Assembly (NCBI GenBank): GCA_963700145.1
Contig: OY969474.1
Coordinates: 2,624,001-2,688,000, forward strand
DNA: 64,000 nucleotides
Source: an uncultured Acidobacteriota bacterium
GTDB lineage: Bacteria > Acidobacteriota > Thermoanaerobaculia > Multivoradales > UBA5704
Direction of reading: 5' to 3'
Part shown: one piece after another, positions 26,704 through 35,383 of the stretch
How the letters are laid out: each line of letters starts with the position of its first letter
Numbering within the stretch: the stretch's first letter is position 1
Notes under the pieces: generated by a model
What the model saw: the letters and a program-made list of their open reading frames with translations, nothing else
Databases searched by the model: none
What the model was told of the DNA's origin: nothing
Position numbers and translations under genes: made by a program

Positions 26704-27736
26704 CTTCCAGCTCGAGGTCGGGCACCACTTCGCCGACGACGAGGCCGCGGGCGTTGGTGAGGACCGGGCGGTAGAAGGGGGCGAGCTCGGCGAGCTCCTC
26801 GCCGGCCAGCGAGCCCATCTGCCGCAGCAGGTCGAGCACCGCGCCGTCGCGGCAGCGCTCGCCGCCGTCGGCGACCTTGAGCGCGATGCCGAGCGCCACC
26901 GGCCCGCGCACCGCCAGGGCGTAGAACCCCTCCGCCCCCTCCTTGGCGACGACGCGGCCGCCGGTCGCCTCCATGAGGCGGGTGGTGAAGCGGCCGCGGC
27001 CGGCGACCATCGCCGGCGCGTGGGTCATCGCCGCGGCGATCCGGCCGAGCGCTTCGGCCGGCGCGGCGTCCACCCCGGCGGCGGCGGGATCGGCCAGCGC
27101 CGCGTAGCCGCGCGCCGCGGCCTCGACCGGCAGGTGGAAGGAGACGGCGCTGCAGCCGTCGACGCCTTGGCCCATCCGCTCGGGCGCGACGCCGCAGAGC
27201 CGCGCCACCCAGCCGGCGATGTCGCGCTGCAGCGGGTGGCCGGGGGCGACGTACTCCGCCGGTGGGTAGCCGAGGAGCCGGCAGGCGAGGAGCATGCCGG
27301 CGTGCTTGCCCGAGCAGTTGTTGTGGAGCGGGCTCGGTTCGCGGCCCTGACGCACCAGCTCGGCCGCCGCCTCGGCGTCGTACGGCGGGTGGGCGCCGCA
27401 GAGGAGGTCGTCCACCGAGAAGCCGCCGCGGTCGAGCAGCGCCGCGGCGCGCTCGGCGTGCTCGGGGCAGCCGGCGTGCGAGGCGCAGATCAGGGCGAGG
27501 TCGGCCTCGTCGAGGGCGAAGCGCTCGATGCCGCCGGCCAAGACCAGCGGCAGGGCCTGGAACGGCTTGGCCGCCGAGCGCAGGAAGGTCGCGACCGTCG
27601 GGTCGCCGAGGCGCGCGACCAGCCGCCCCTCCGGCGTGACGACCGCCGCCATCCCGGAGTGCCAGGACTCGGGCAGACCGCCGCGGGTGACGACGGCGAG
27701 GGGAGCGAACAGGAGTCGGCGGCCTCGGCGCGTCAG
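26687..27736 (-). CDS. L-asparaginase II family (probable CTG start)
   Basis: RSAAKPFQA, CASH, NNCSGKHAG, DGCS, AKEGAEG, KVADG; conserved N-terminal VTRGGLPESWH lies upstream of the first ATG. Confidence 0.88.
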   Translation of the reverse strand: MTRRGRRLLFAPLAVVTRGGLPESWHSGMAAVVTPEGRLVARLGDPTVATFLRSAAKPFQALPLVLAGGIERFALDEADLALICASHAGCPEHAERAAALLDRGGFSVDDLLCGAHPPYDAEAAAELVRQGREPSPLHNNCSGKHAGMLLACRLLGYPPAEYVAPGHPLQRDIAGWVARLCGVAPERMGQGVDGCSAVSFHLPVEAAARGYAALADPAAAGVDAAPAEALGRIAAAMTHAPAMVAGRGRFTTRLMEATGGRVVAKEGAEGFYALAVRGPVALGIALKVADGGERCRDGAVLDLLRQMGSLAGEELAELAPFYRPVLTNARGLVVGEVVPDLELEETPGT

Positions 27737-28071
27737 GCGTGGGCGGCCATCGCCGCCTCGACCGTCTCGTAGGTGGGGAAATGCTCGGCGAGGCGGGCGA
27801 CCTCGAGGAGCTTGCGGATGCGCTCGTTCGGCTGGACCAGGATCAGGGCCCGGCGGGCGCTCTGGAAGCGGCCGAGGTAGCCGACCAGCTCGCCGATGCC
27901 GGTCGAGTCGATGTAGTTGATCCGCGAGAAGTCGACGATGACGTGCCCGCGGTCCTCGTCGAGGGTGCGCTCCAGGGTCTGGGCGAAGAACTTGGCGCTC
28001 TCCCCCAGCTTGATCACCCCCTCCACCTCGAGGACGGTGAACCCCTGGTCCTGGCGTTTGGCGACGATCAT
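27733..28071 (-). CDS. STAS-domain anti-sigma factor antagonist
   Basis: VDFSRINYIDSTGIGEL phosphorylation-site motif. Confidence 0.9.
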   Translation of the reverse strand: MIVAKRQDQGFTVLEVEGVIKLGESAKFFAQTLERTLDEDRGHVIVDFSRINYIDSTGIGELVGYLGRFQSARRALILVQPNERIRKLLEVARLAEHFPTYETVEAAMAAHA

Positions 28072-28112
28072 GGGCGGGGCGGCCGGCGAGGTGGCGAAGC
28101 TTAGCACCCGCC

Positions 28113-28862
28113 TCAGCCGCGCTTTTGCGCCACGACGTAGAGCTCGCTGGCGCCGAGCGTGAACGGCTGGCGGTCGGTCGAGCCGTAGAGGGCGATCGTG
28201 TCGAGCTTGGAGCGCGCGAGCATGCGCTGGATCTCGGCGGTGGTGTAGACCCAGTGGACCGACTCGCGGACCTCGGTCTCGCCGCCGCGGGCGAAGGTGT
28301 ACTCCTCCTCGACGCAGCTCGCCGCGGTGTTGTAGCGGCTGTCGATCGTCATCTCCACGTCGCCGATGGTGAACTCCTCGTGCTCCTGGTGGCGCGGCAG
28401 GACCGACTCGGCGGCCATGCCGGTCGCGACGACGACGCGCGCGCCCGGCCGCAGCAGGCGCGCCAGGCGGTCGAGGAAGCTCTTCATGCCGGGCCCGTCG
28501 AGGTAGCCGAAGCTGTTGCCGAGGCAGTAGGCGCCGTCGTAGGACGCGGGGTCGCCCTTGAGGCGCCCCATGTCGCCGAGCTTCCACTCGACGTCGAGGC
28601 CCGCCGCCGCGGCGCCGGCCCGCGCCTCGGCCAGGAACTCCTCGGAGATGTCCACGCCGGTCACGCGGTAGCCGCGCCGCGCCAGCTCCAGCGCGTGCCG
28701 GCCGTTGCCGCAAGGGACGTCGAGCAGGCGCCCGCCGGCGGGCGCGCCGAGCTCGGCGACGAGGAAGTCCACCTCCGCCGCCGTCGGCTGCTCGGCGATC
28801 ACCTCGCGCCAGACGTCGAGCGCCACGCCGCGGAAGAAGTCCTGGTACCAGTTCGTGCGCAC
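28113..28862 (-). CDS. Class I SAM-dependent methyltransferase
   Basis: LLDVPCGNGRH, GVDIS, GNSFGY. Confidence 0.9.
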   Translation of the reverse strand: MRTNWYQDFFRGVALDVWREVIAEQPTAAEVDFLVAELGAPAGGRLLDVPCGNGRHALELARRGYRVTGVDISEEFLAEARAGAAAAGLDVEWKLGDMGRLKGDPASYDGAYCLGNSFGYLDGPGMKSFLDRLARLLRPGARVVVATGMAAESVLPRHQEHEEFTIGDVEMTIDSRYNTAASCVEEEYTFARGGETEVRESVHWVYTTAEIQRMLARSKLDTIALYGSTDRQPFTLGASELYVVAQKRG

Positions 28863-28915
28863 GGCGCGGCGGAGCATAGCAACGGCTGGTATCCTCGCCG
28901 GCGCCAGCGAGGAGG

Positions 28916-30232
28916 ATGTTCATGCCCCAGCCCCGACCGTCGCAGCTCCCGTCGACCTACGCGCTCCTGAGCGGTCTCGTCTTCGCCCTGGCCGCCCCCG
29001 CACTGGGTGCCGCCGCCGGCTTCGGGCTCTTCCAGCACGGCGCCCGGGCGATCGGGCAGGCCGGGGCGCTCACGGCGCGCGGGCACGAGCCCTCGACGGT
29101 GACCTACAACCCGGCGGCGATGACCCGCCTGCCGGGCCTCCAGCTCCAGGCCGGGCTCGACTTCTCGAATGCCGAGGACCGCTACGTCAGCGCCAGCGGC
29201 ACGCACGAGGCCAAGCACACGATCCAGTTCCCGCCGGCGGTCTACCTCACCTGGCGGACGCCGCAGGACTACACGCCGATCGCTTTCGGGCTCGGCATCG
29301 ACGCCCCCTACTGGCACAACCAGGACTGGCACTCGGCGCTCTTCCCCGGCCGCTTCCTGACCCGCCGCTTCTCGCTCGAGGTCTTCGAGCTCCACGCCGC
29401 CATGGCCTACGAGGTCGCCGAGGGCTGGAGCCTGGGCGGCGGCGTGCGCTACGTCTTCGGCGGGCTCGAGCAGGCCGACAACGCGTTCGCCGACGTCTTC
29501 GTCCCCAGCCTCTCGCGCACGGTCCCGGTCGAGATCCAGCGCGACGCCGACGCCGACGTGGACGCCCTCGGGTGGGACCTGGCGCTGCACTACGCCGCGC
29601 CGTCCTGGGGCTGGGGGACGGTCTTCCGCAGCGAGGCCGAGCTGGAGGGCAACGGCGAGGTGAGCTACGCGCCGCGCGACGTGGCGATCTCGGAGGTCCT
29701 CCCCCTGGTCGCCGCCCGCTTCGTGCCGGGCCGCGCCGGGCAGTCGTTCACCCTGCCGTGGGAGCTGCGCGCCGGCACCTGGTTCGCGCCCTACCCGGAG
29801 CTGCGCCTGGAGGTCGACATCGCCTACCAGAACTGGTCGACGCTCGAAGACACCGTGGTCACCTTCTCCCCGGACCCGCTGCTCGGCACCGGGCAAACCG
29901 TCCGGGAGCGCAACTGGAAGGACACCGTCTCGGTGCGGCTCGGCGCCGAGGGCGAGCTCACCGACAACTTCCAGCTCTTCGGCGGCATCGGCTGGGAGCC
30001 CTCGCCGGTGCGCGGCAACACCGTCGAGCCCGGCTTCCCGCGCGACGACGCCTACGTCTACGCCGCCGGCTTCGCCTACAACTTCCCCCACATCTCCTTC
30101 GACCTCGCCTACTCCTTCCACGACCACGGCAACCGCGGCGCCTCGGAGCAGGAGCCGCGCAGCCCGGACATCTCCGGCAGCTACACCGGCCGCGAGCAGG
30201 TCTGGGGCTTCTCGGCGCGGTGGAGGTTCTAA
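28916..30232 (+). CDS. OmpP1/FadL family outer-membrane transporter
   Basis: Signal peptide, AGFGLFQHGARAIGQAGA, YNPAAM, beta-strand pattern, terminal WRF. Confidence 0.88.
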   Translation: MFMPQPRPSQLPSTYALLSGLVFALAAPALGAAAGFGLFQHGARAIGQAGALTARGHEPSTVTYNPAAMTRLPGLQLQAGLDFSNAEDRYVSASGTHEAKHTIQFPPAVYLTWRTPQDYTPIAFGLGIDAPYWHNQDWHSALFPGRFLTRRFSLEVFELHAAMAYEVAEGWSLGGGVRYVFGGLEQADNAFADVFVPSLSRTVPVEIQRDADADVDALGWDLALHYAAPSWGWGTVFRSEAELEGNGEVSYAPRDVAISEVLPLVAARFVPGRAGQSFTLPWELRAGTWFAPYPELRLEVDIAYQNWSTLEDTVVTFSPDPLLGTGQTVRERNWKDTVSVRLGAEGELTDNFQLFGGIGWEPSPVRGNTVEPGFPRDDAYVYAAGFAYNFPHISFDLAYSFHDHGNRGASEQEPRSPDISGSYTGREQVWGFSARWRF

Positions 30233-31260
30233 ACGGCATCCTGGCGAAGACAGCGCGGCGCGTTGCCGTCGCGCTGACGCTTTCGATCGGTGTCGGGCTC
30301 CTGCTGTTGACTCACTTGAAGAGTCCGCCGTCCTCACTCCTCCTCCGCGCCATCACCCTCGGCCTGGCGGCGACGACGGTCTTTGCCCTCTTCGAAGTGT
30401 GGCCCCGGAGGCTGCCGCGCTGGATCGAGCGGTGGGTACTCCAGGTCGTTGCCGTCGGCGTGTCCATGCCGATCACGATCATCGCGATGTACCTTCCGGT
30501 CACCCCGGAAGGTGCACCGTCATTCTGGGAGCACAACGACTGGATGCTCCTCACGTTCGCCGCCGTCCTGGTCGCGCCCTGGACGGCGCTCGCGGCGATC
30601 GTTCGGCAGAAGGAAGCCTTCGCGCGCCATCAGAAGCTCGCCTTCGCGCTCGAGCGCAGTGAGCTCGAGCGACAGGCGCTCGACGCGCGTCTGCATCTGC
30701 TGCAGGCGCAGGTCGCCCCGCATTTCTTGTTCAATACGCTCGCGAACGTGCAGGCGCTCGTCGATGCGGGCTCGCCGCATGCGTCGACGCTGCTGCGGAG
30801 CCTCATCGAGTACCTGCGCGCGGCGGTGCCGCTGCTCCACGAGCCGGCGGCGACCATCGAGCGCGAGCTGCGGCTGGTGCGGCCGTATCTCGAGCTGATG
30901 CAGATGCGCATGCCCGATCGCCTGCAGTACGCGATGAACGTCGACTCGTCGGCGCTCGAGGTTCGCTGTCCTCCGACCACACTGTTGACGCTGGTCGAGA
31001 ACGCCGTGCGCCACGGGATCGACCCCAGCGAAGAAGGAGGCCGCATCGACATCGACATCGAACGGCTTGGTGAACGCTGTGTCGTCCGCGTCACCGACAC
31101 CGGCGCCGGGCTCCAGCCATCGGCGAACGGTCTCGGCACCGGGCTGACGACTCTGCGCGAGCGGCTGCAGCTCATCTTCGGCGATGCCGCCGAGCTGCGC
31201 CTGATCGCCGGCGCCCCCCGCGGCGTCGCGGTCGAAGTCGAGATGCCGGCACAGACATGA
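30220..31260 (+). CDS. LytS-family sensor histidine kinase (start uncertain)
   Basis: TM helices, LQAQVAPHFLFNTL, LVENAVRHG, DTGAG, GTGL. Confidence 0.88.
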   Translation: MEVLNGILAKTARRVAVALTLSIGVGLLLLTHLKSPPSSLLLRAITLGLAATTVFALFEVWPRRLPRWIERWVLQVVAVGVSMPITIIAMYLPVTPEGAPSFWEHNDWMLLTFAAVLVAPWTALAAIVRQKEAFARHQKLAFALERSELERQALDARLHLLQAQVAPHFLFNTLANVQALVDAGSPHASTLLRSLIEYLRAAVPLLHEPAATIERELRLVRPYLELMQMRMPDRLQYAMNVDSSALEVRCPPTTLLTLVENAVRHGIDPSEEGGRIDIDIERLGERCVVRVTDTGAGLQPSANGLGTGLTTLRERLQLIFGDAAELRLIAGAPRGVAVEVEMPAQT

Positions 31261-32045
31261 ACGCCCGCGCGACCGCCTTGATCGCCGACGACGAGCCGCT
31301 GCTGCGCGAGGCGCTGCGGCGCCAGCTCGCGAACGTCTGGCCCGAGCTCGAGATCGTGGCCGAGGCGCGGAACGGGCGGGAGGCGGTGCGGTTGTTCGAC
31401 GAGCGCCATCCCGACATCTGTTTCCTCGACGTCCACATGCCGGGCCTCTCCGGTGTCGATGCCGCGAACCACATCGGCCGCCGCGCGCATCTGGTGTTCG
31501 TCACCGCGTACGACCACTACGCGGTGCAGGCCTTCGCGCAAGGCGCGCTCGATTACCTGCTGAAGCCGGTCGAACCGGCGCGGCTCGCGGAGGCCGTGAG
31601 CCGCCTCCAAGAGCGTCTGCAGTCCTCGCGGCCGGCGATCAACACCGAGCAGCTACTGCAGCAGCTCAGCGCCCAGCTCGCGAAGCTGCAAGGCGGCGGG
31701 AAGGCCGAGCCGCTGCGCTGGATCCGGGCGCAGGCGGGGAAGACCGTGCGCCTCATCGCGATCGAGGACGTCGATTACCTGCGGTCGGACGCGAAGTACA
31801 CGCTCGTCGCCTGGCGCGATGGAGGGAAAGCCGCGAAGGCGGTGGTCCGGACGCCGCTCAAGGACCTCTACGAGCAGCTCGATGCCGAGCAGTTCGCGCA
31901 GGTCCATCGCTCGGTCGTCGTGAATCTGCGCGCGATCAGCCAGGTGCGGCGACACGACAACGAAACCGCGGAGATTCACCTGAAGGGCCGCGAGGACGTG
32001 CTGCCCGTCAGCCGCCACTACGTTCACCTGTTCCGGCAGATGTAA
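31257..32045 (+). CDS. LytTR-family response regulator
   Basis: IADDE, FLDVHMP, VTAYD, DYLLKP, QVHRSVVVNL, LPVSR. Confidence 0.93.
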   Translation: MNARATALIADDEPLLREALRRQLANVWPELEIVAEARNGREAVRLFDERHPDICFLDVHMPGLSGVDAANHIGRRAHLVFVTAYDHYAVQAFAQGALDYLLKPVEPARLAEAVSRLQERLQSSRPAINTEQLLQQLSAQLAKLQGGGKAEPLRWIRAQAGKTVRLIAIEDVDYLRSDAKYTLVAWRDGGKAAKAVVRTPLKDLYEQLDAEQFAQVHRSVVVNLRAISQVRRHDNETAEIHLKGREDVLPVSRHYVHLFRQM

Positions 32046-32078
32046 CCGCCGTTCGTCCGCGCGAATCCGCCTTTCGTC
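32046..32078 (+). promoter_or_regulatory. Putative LytTR binding site (direct repeat, 21-bp spacing)
   Basis: CCGCCGTTCGTC (32046) and CCGCCTTTCGTC (32067); resembles the AlgR-type CCGTTCGTC site, directly after the LytTR gene and before candidate target genes. Confidence 0.7.
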
Positions 32079-32125
32079 GCAATCTGCTTGTTCGCGCGCA
32101 CGTGTGCCGCCACCATGGTGGCGCA

Positions 32126-32503
32126 ATGAAGGAAAACACAATCCTGGTCGTCACGTCTCTGCTCTCGATCCTCTTGCTGACGCTTCACATTACAGACGAC
32201 ATCGTCCGTGGGATATCGAAGGCCGAGCCCTCAAACATTGCGCTGCTCGTCCTCGTGGTCTTCCTGTACGGGACGCTCGTGCTCGCCGAACGGCGATCGG
32301 GGCACGTCATCATGCTGCTCGTCGGGTTGTTCGCGGCAGGCATGCCCGTCATCCACATGCGGGGCGCACATTACGGCGAGATCGCCAGCTCCACCGGCGG
32401 CTTCTTCTTCGTCTGGACGCTGTGGGCGCTCGGCGGGCTCGGGGGCCTCACCTTCATCCTCTCGGCGCGCGGACTATGGAGTCTGCGGGCCCGCTCCCGG
32501 TAG
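32126..32503 (+). CDS. Small four-TM membrane protein
   Basis: Four hydrophobic helices, LHITDD motif; downstream of LytTR site. Confidence 0.75.
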   Translation: MKENTILVVTSLLSILLLTLHITDDIVRGISKAEPSNIALLVLVVFLYGTLVLAERRSGHVIMLLVGLFAAGMPVIHMRGAHYGEIASSTGGFFFVWTLWALGGLGGLTFILSARGLWSLRARSR

Positions 32504-32509
32504 GCTGCC

Positions 32510-33247
32510 ATGGAACCGATGGCAGATGCTTCGGCGCGCGGCTTTCGCCCGAGGTTCATTGGCAGGATGGTGGGCGCCGGTTATCTCCTCATGCTGGCGT
32601 CGGGATTCGACCTGTTCTACGTCCTCGCCAAGCTGTACGTCCGTGGCGACGCTGCCGCCACCGCAGCCAACATCAAGGCGCATGAAGGACTGTTCTTGGC
32701 GGGCTTTGCCGGCGCGCTGATCGGGGTCGCGTCCAGCCTTGTGGTAACGGCTCTCTTCTACCGCCTGTACGAACCGGTCAACCGGACGCTGTCTCTCTGC
32801 GCGGCGTTGTTCGGCCTTACCGGATGCGTCATCCAAGGCATCGCCCTGATCTTTCACCTGATGCCCGTGCTCGTTTTGGCCGATCAGCCCTACCTGAGCG
32901 CCTTCACGCTGGACCAGCGGCAGGCGCTGGCGCTCGTCCTTCTGCGTTCGTATGGGCAGGCCTACAACATAGGCCTGGTGTTCTTCGGCTTCTACCTGCT
33001 CCAGCTGGCCTATCTCACGTACCGTTCGGCATTCCTGCCCCGCTGGCTGGGAGTGCTCGTAGCGCTCGGCGCGGGCTGGCTCGTCTTCCTGTATCCGCCG
33101 CTCGCAAGTGCCACCCCTCGCTACGTCGTGTTGGCCAGCCTCGGAGAAGTTCTTCTGGTGCTGTGGCTCTCAGTCAAGGGCGTGGATGAAAAACGCTGGC
33201 ACGAGCAGGCCACTGCGGGCCTGCATGACTACGGTCGGTCGGCGTAA
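32510..33247 (+). CDS. DUF4386-family membrane protein
   Basis: GDAAATAANIKAH, LYEPVNRTLS, GLVFFG, FLPRWLG, WLSVKGV. Confidence 0.8.
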   Translation: MEPMADASARGFRPRFIGRMVGAGYLLMLASGFDLFYVLAKLYVRGDAAATAANIKAHEGLFLAGFAGALIGVASSLVVTALFYRLYEPVNRTLSLCAALFGLTGCVIQGIALIFHLMPVLVLADQPYLSAFTLDQRQALALVLLRSYGQAYNIGLVFFGFYLLQLAYLTYRSAFLPRWLGVLVALGAGWLVFLYPPLASATPRYVVLASLGEVLLVLWLSVKGVDEKRWHEQATAGLHDYGRSA

Positions 33248-33265
33248 GAGCGGTCCGCTCACGTC

Positions 33266-35263
33266 CTAGGTCGTGGCCTCGACCAGCGCTTCCTTGAACA
33301 TCCCCGGCGTGTAGGGCGTGATCTTGCCGGTGAAGGCGGAGGCGGCGACGGTCAGGGGGGAGGCGAGCCAGAGCTTGCCGGGGCCGGAGCGGCCCTTGTA
33401 GTTGCGGTTGATCGCCGAGACGGTGACCTGGTCGGTGGTCTCGGAGACCCCCGGGCCGCAGCCGATGCAGGCGCCGCACCCCGGGTGGATGACCTCGACC
33501 CCCGCCTGCGCGAAGGTGTCGAGCAGGCCGTGCTGGCGGCAGAAGTCCTCAACCGCCGCCGACCCGAACTGGATCAGGAAGCGCACGCCGGGCGCCACCT
33601 TGAGCCCGGCGTCCACCGCCTCCTTGACGACCTGGTGGTAGAAGACGAGGTCGTCGATCTTGCCCGCCGTGCAGCTCCCGCCGTAGGCGATCTCGATCGG
33701 CACCTCGCCGATCTCGTCGACGAAGGCGCCGTTGGTGGGGTCGGAGGGGATGCCGTGGTCGGGGTCCCCGGGGTGGGCCACCATCGGCCGGATCCCCGAG
33801 AGGTCGATCGTGTGCACGCCGCCGTCGTAGACGGCCCCCGGGTCCGGTGCTACCGCCCGCGCCCGGTACTGCTCGGGGTCGGTCCCGCGCCAGGCGGCGA
33901 GCCAGCGGAACGTCTCCTCGTCGGCCTCGACGATGGCGGTCCGCGCCGAGCACTCGGTCGCCATGTTGGTCAGGGTGGCGCGCTCGTCCATCGACAGGCC
34001 AGAGATGCCGGGGCCGGTGAACTCCATCACCCGGTTGAGCGTCGCCTGCGGCCGGGCGTAGTTGAGCAGGATGTAGAGCATCAGGTCCTTGGCAGTGACC
34101 CCTACTCCGAGCTTGCCCTTGAGCTCGAAGCGGATCGACTCCGGCACCTCGACCTGGGTGAAGCCGGAATGGATGAGGTTGGCGTACTCGGTCGCCCCGA
34201 CCCCCCAGGTGAGCGCGTTGTTGACGCCCCCCATGCAGGTGTGGCTGTCGGTCGCCTGGATGAAGTCGCCGGGCTCGACCAGCACCTCGCGCGCCACCTC
34301 GTGACAGATGCCGGGCGAGATCCCCTCCTTGGCCGAGAAGTCGCGCACTCCGGTGTGACGCTGGAACTCGCGCTGGAGCTGCCGCAGGACTTCGATCTTG
34401 TCGGCGAAGGCGCGCATCTTCGGCACCTCGTCGGCGTAGACCAGGTGGTCCTCGAAGACGGCGAACTTGGCGGGGTTCTTGATCTTGTAGTCCGGGCCGT
34501 ACTCCTCCTGCAGGAAGTGGTGGACCTGCGCGGTCGTGAATTCGTGGGTGTAGCCGCCGTCGACGTCGACGAGCACCGCGTCGCCCGGCTTGACGAACTT
34601 GGGCCCATCGCCGAGGAGATGGCGGGCGAGGATCTTCTCGGCCATGGTCATCGGCCGCGGGCCGGTGTCGGGGCGCGGCAGCTCGATCCCGCCGGCGGCG
34701 AGCGCCTTGGCGAAGGGGAAGAGTCCGCCCTCGCGCACGATGAGCCGGGTGATCGGGTCGCAGTCGCGGCAGAACTCCTCGAGCGGCACGCCCTCGCCGT
34801 CCTGCAGGCGCCGGAGCTGGTCGTGGTCCCCCATCAGCACGCCCTGGGCGTGGTTGTTGGCGGCGTGGATGGGGGCGAAGGAGGCGGCCACCGCGAGCCG
34901 GATCCCCGACCACTTCTCGGCCTGGACGGCGGTCTCGCGCGAGCTCCCCACCCCCTTGCGCAGCCCCGAGACGATGACCTCGAAGTTGCCGTTCTTGAGC
35001 GCGTCACGCTCGAAGAGGCGCTTGCCGTCCACGATCAGCCCGGCGTAGGCGTCGCGGGCCAGCTCCTCCGGCTTGTAGGCGAAGCAGACCCAGGCCGGGG
35101 TCATGGCGTCGGTGTTGATGTCGTCGAGGAGGTCGTCGACGGTTAGGTCCGCCATCCGCAAGTCCAGCTCCCCGGCGAGCTGCCGGCGGATGAGGTCCGG
35201 GTCCTTGGTCAGGAAGAGGACCCGCTTGCCGGGGGTTAGGCGGATAGTCTCGGGTGGTTTCAA
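33266..35263 (-). CDS. Single-chain aconitase-family hydratase (LeuD-like swivel fused N-terminal to LeuC-like domain)
   Basis: DDINTDAMTP and GSSRE (swivel), then MTMAEKIL, DH, GICH, DSHTCMGG, GSCT, GCGACIG, NRNYKGR; TTG start after GGAG. Confidence 0.88.
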   Translation of the reverse strand: MKPPETIRLTPGKRVLFLTKDPDLIRRQLAGELDLRMADLTVDDLLDDINTDAMTPAWVCFAYKPEELARDAYAGLIVDGKRLFERDALKNGNFEVIVSGLRKGVGSSRETAVQAEKWSGIRLAVAASFAPIHAANNHAQGVLMGDHDQLRRLQDGEGVPLEEFCRDCDPITRLIVREGGLFPFAKALAAGGIELPRPDTGPRPMTMAEKILARHLLGDGPKFVKPGDAVLVDVDGGYTHEFTTAQVHHFLQEEYGPDYKIKNPAKFAVFEDHLVYADEVPKMRAFADKIEVLRQLQREFQRHTGVRDFSAKEGISPGICHEVAREVLVEPGDFIQATDSHTCMGGVNNALTWGVGATEYANLIHSGFTQVEVPESIRFELKGKLGVGVTAKDLMLYILLNYARPQATLNRVMEFTGPGISGLSMDERATLTNMATECSARTAIVEADEETFRWLAAWRGTDPEQYRARAVAPDPGAVYDGGVHTIDLSGIRPMVAHPGDPDHGIPSDPTNGAFVDEIGEVPIEIAYGGSCTAGKIDDLVFYHQVVKEAVDAGLKVAPGVRFLIQFGSAAVEDFCRQHGLLDTFAQAGVEVIHPGCGACIGCGPGVSETTDQVTVSAINRNYKGRSGPGKLWLASPLTVAASAFTGKITPYTPGMFKEALVEATT

Positions 35264-35383
35264 CCAGGCTCTCCTGCGACGAACACCCCCGCCGCCGGGC
35301 GGCGAGGGACACTCATTGTAACCCTCACCGCCCCAGCGCACCTTCCCCGGGAACGCCCTGGTGTTGCGCCCGCTGTACGAGGG

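Noticed and set aside
28705-30219. N-terminal ~500 aa of the 851-aa ORF (giant sensor kinase)
   Set aside because: Off-frame overlap with the FadL-like gene; kinase-like sequence begins only at ~30220.
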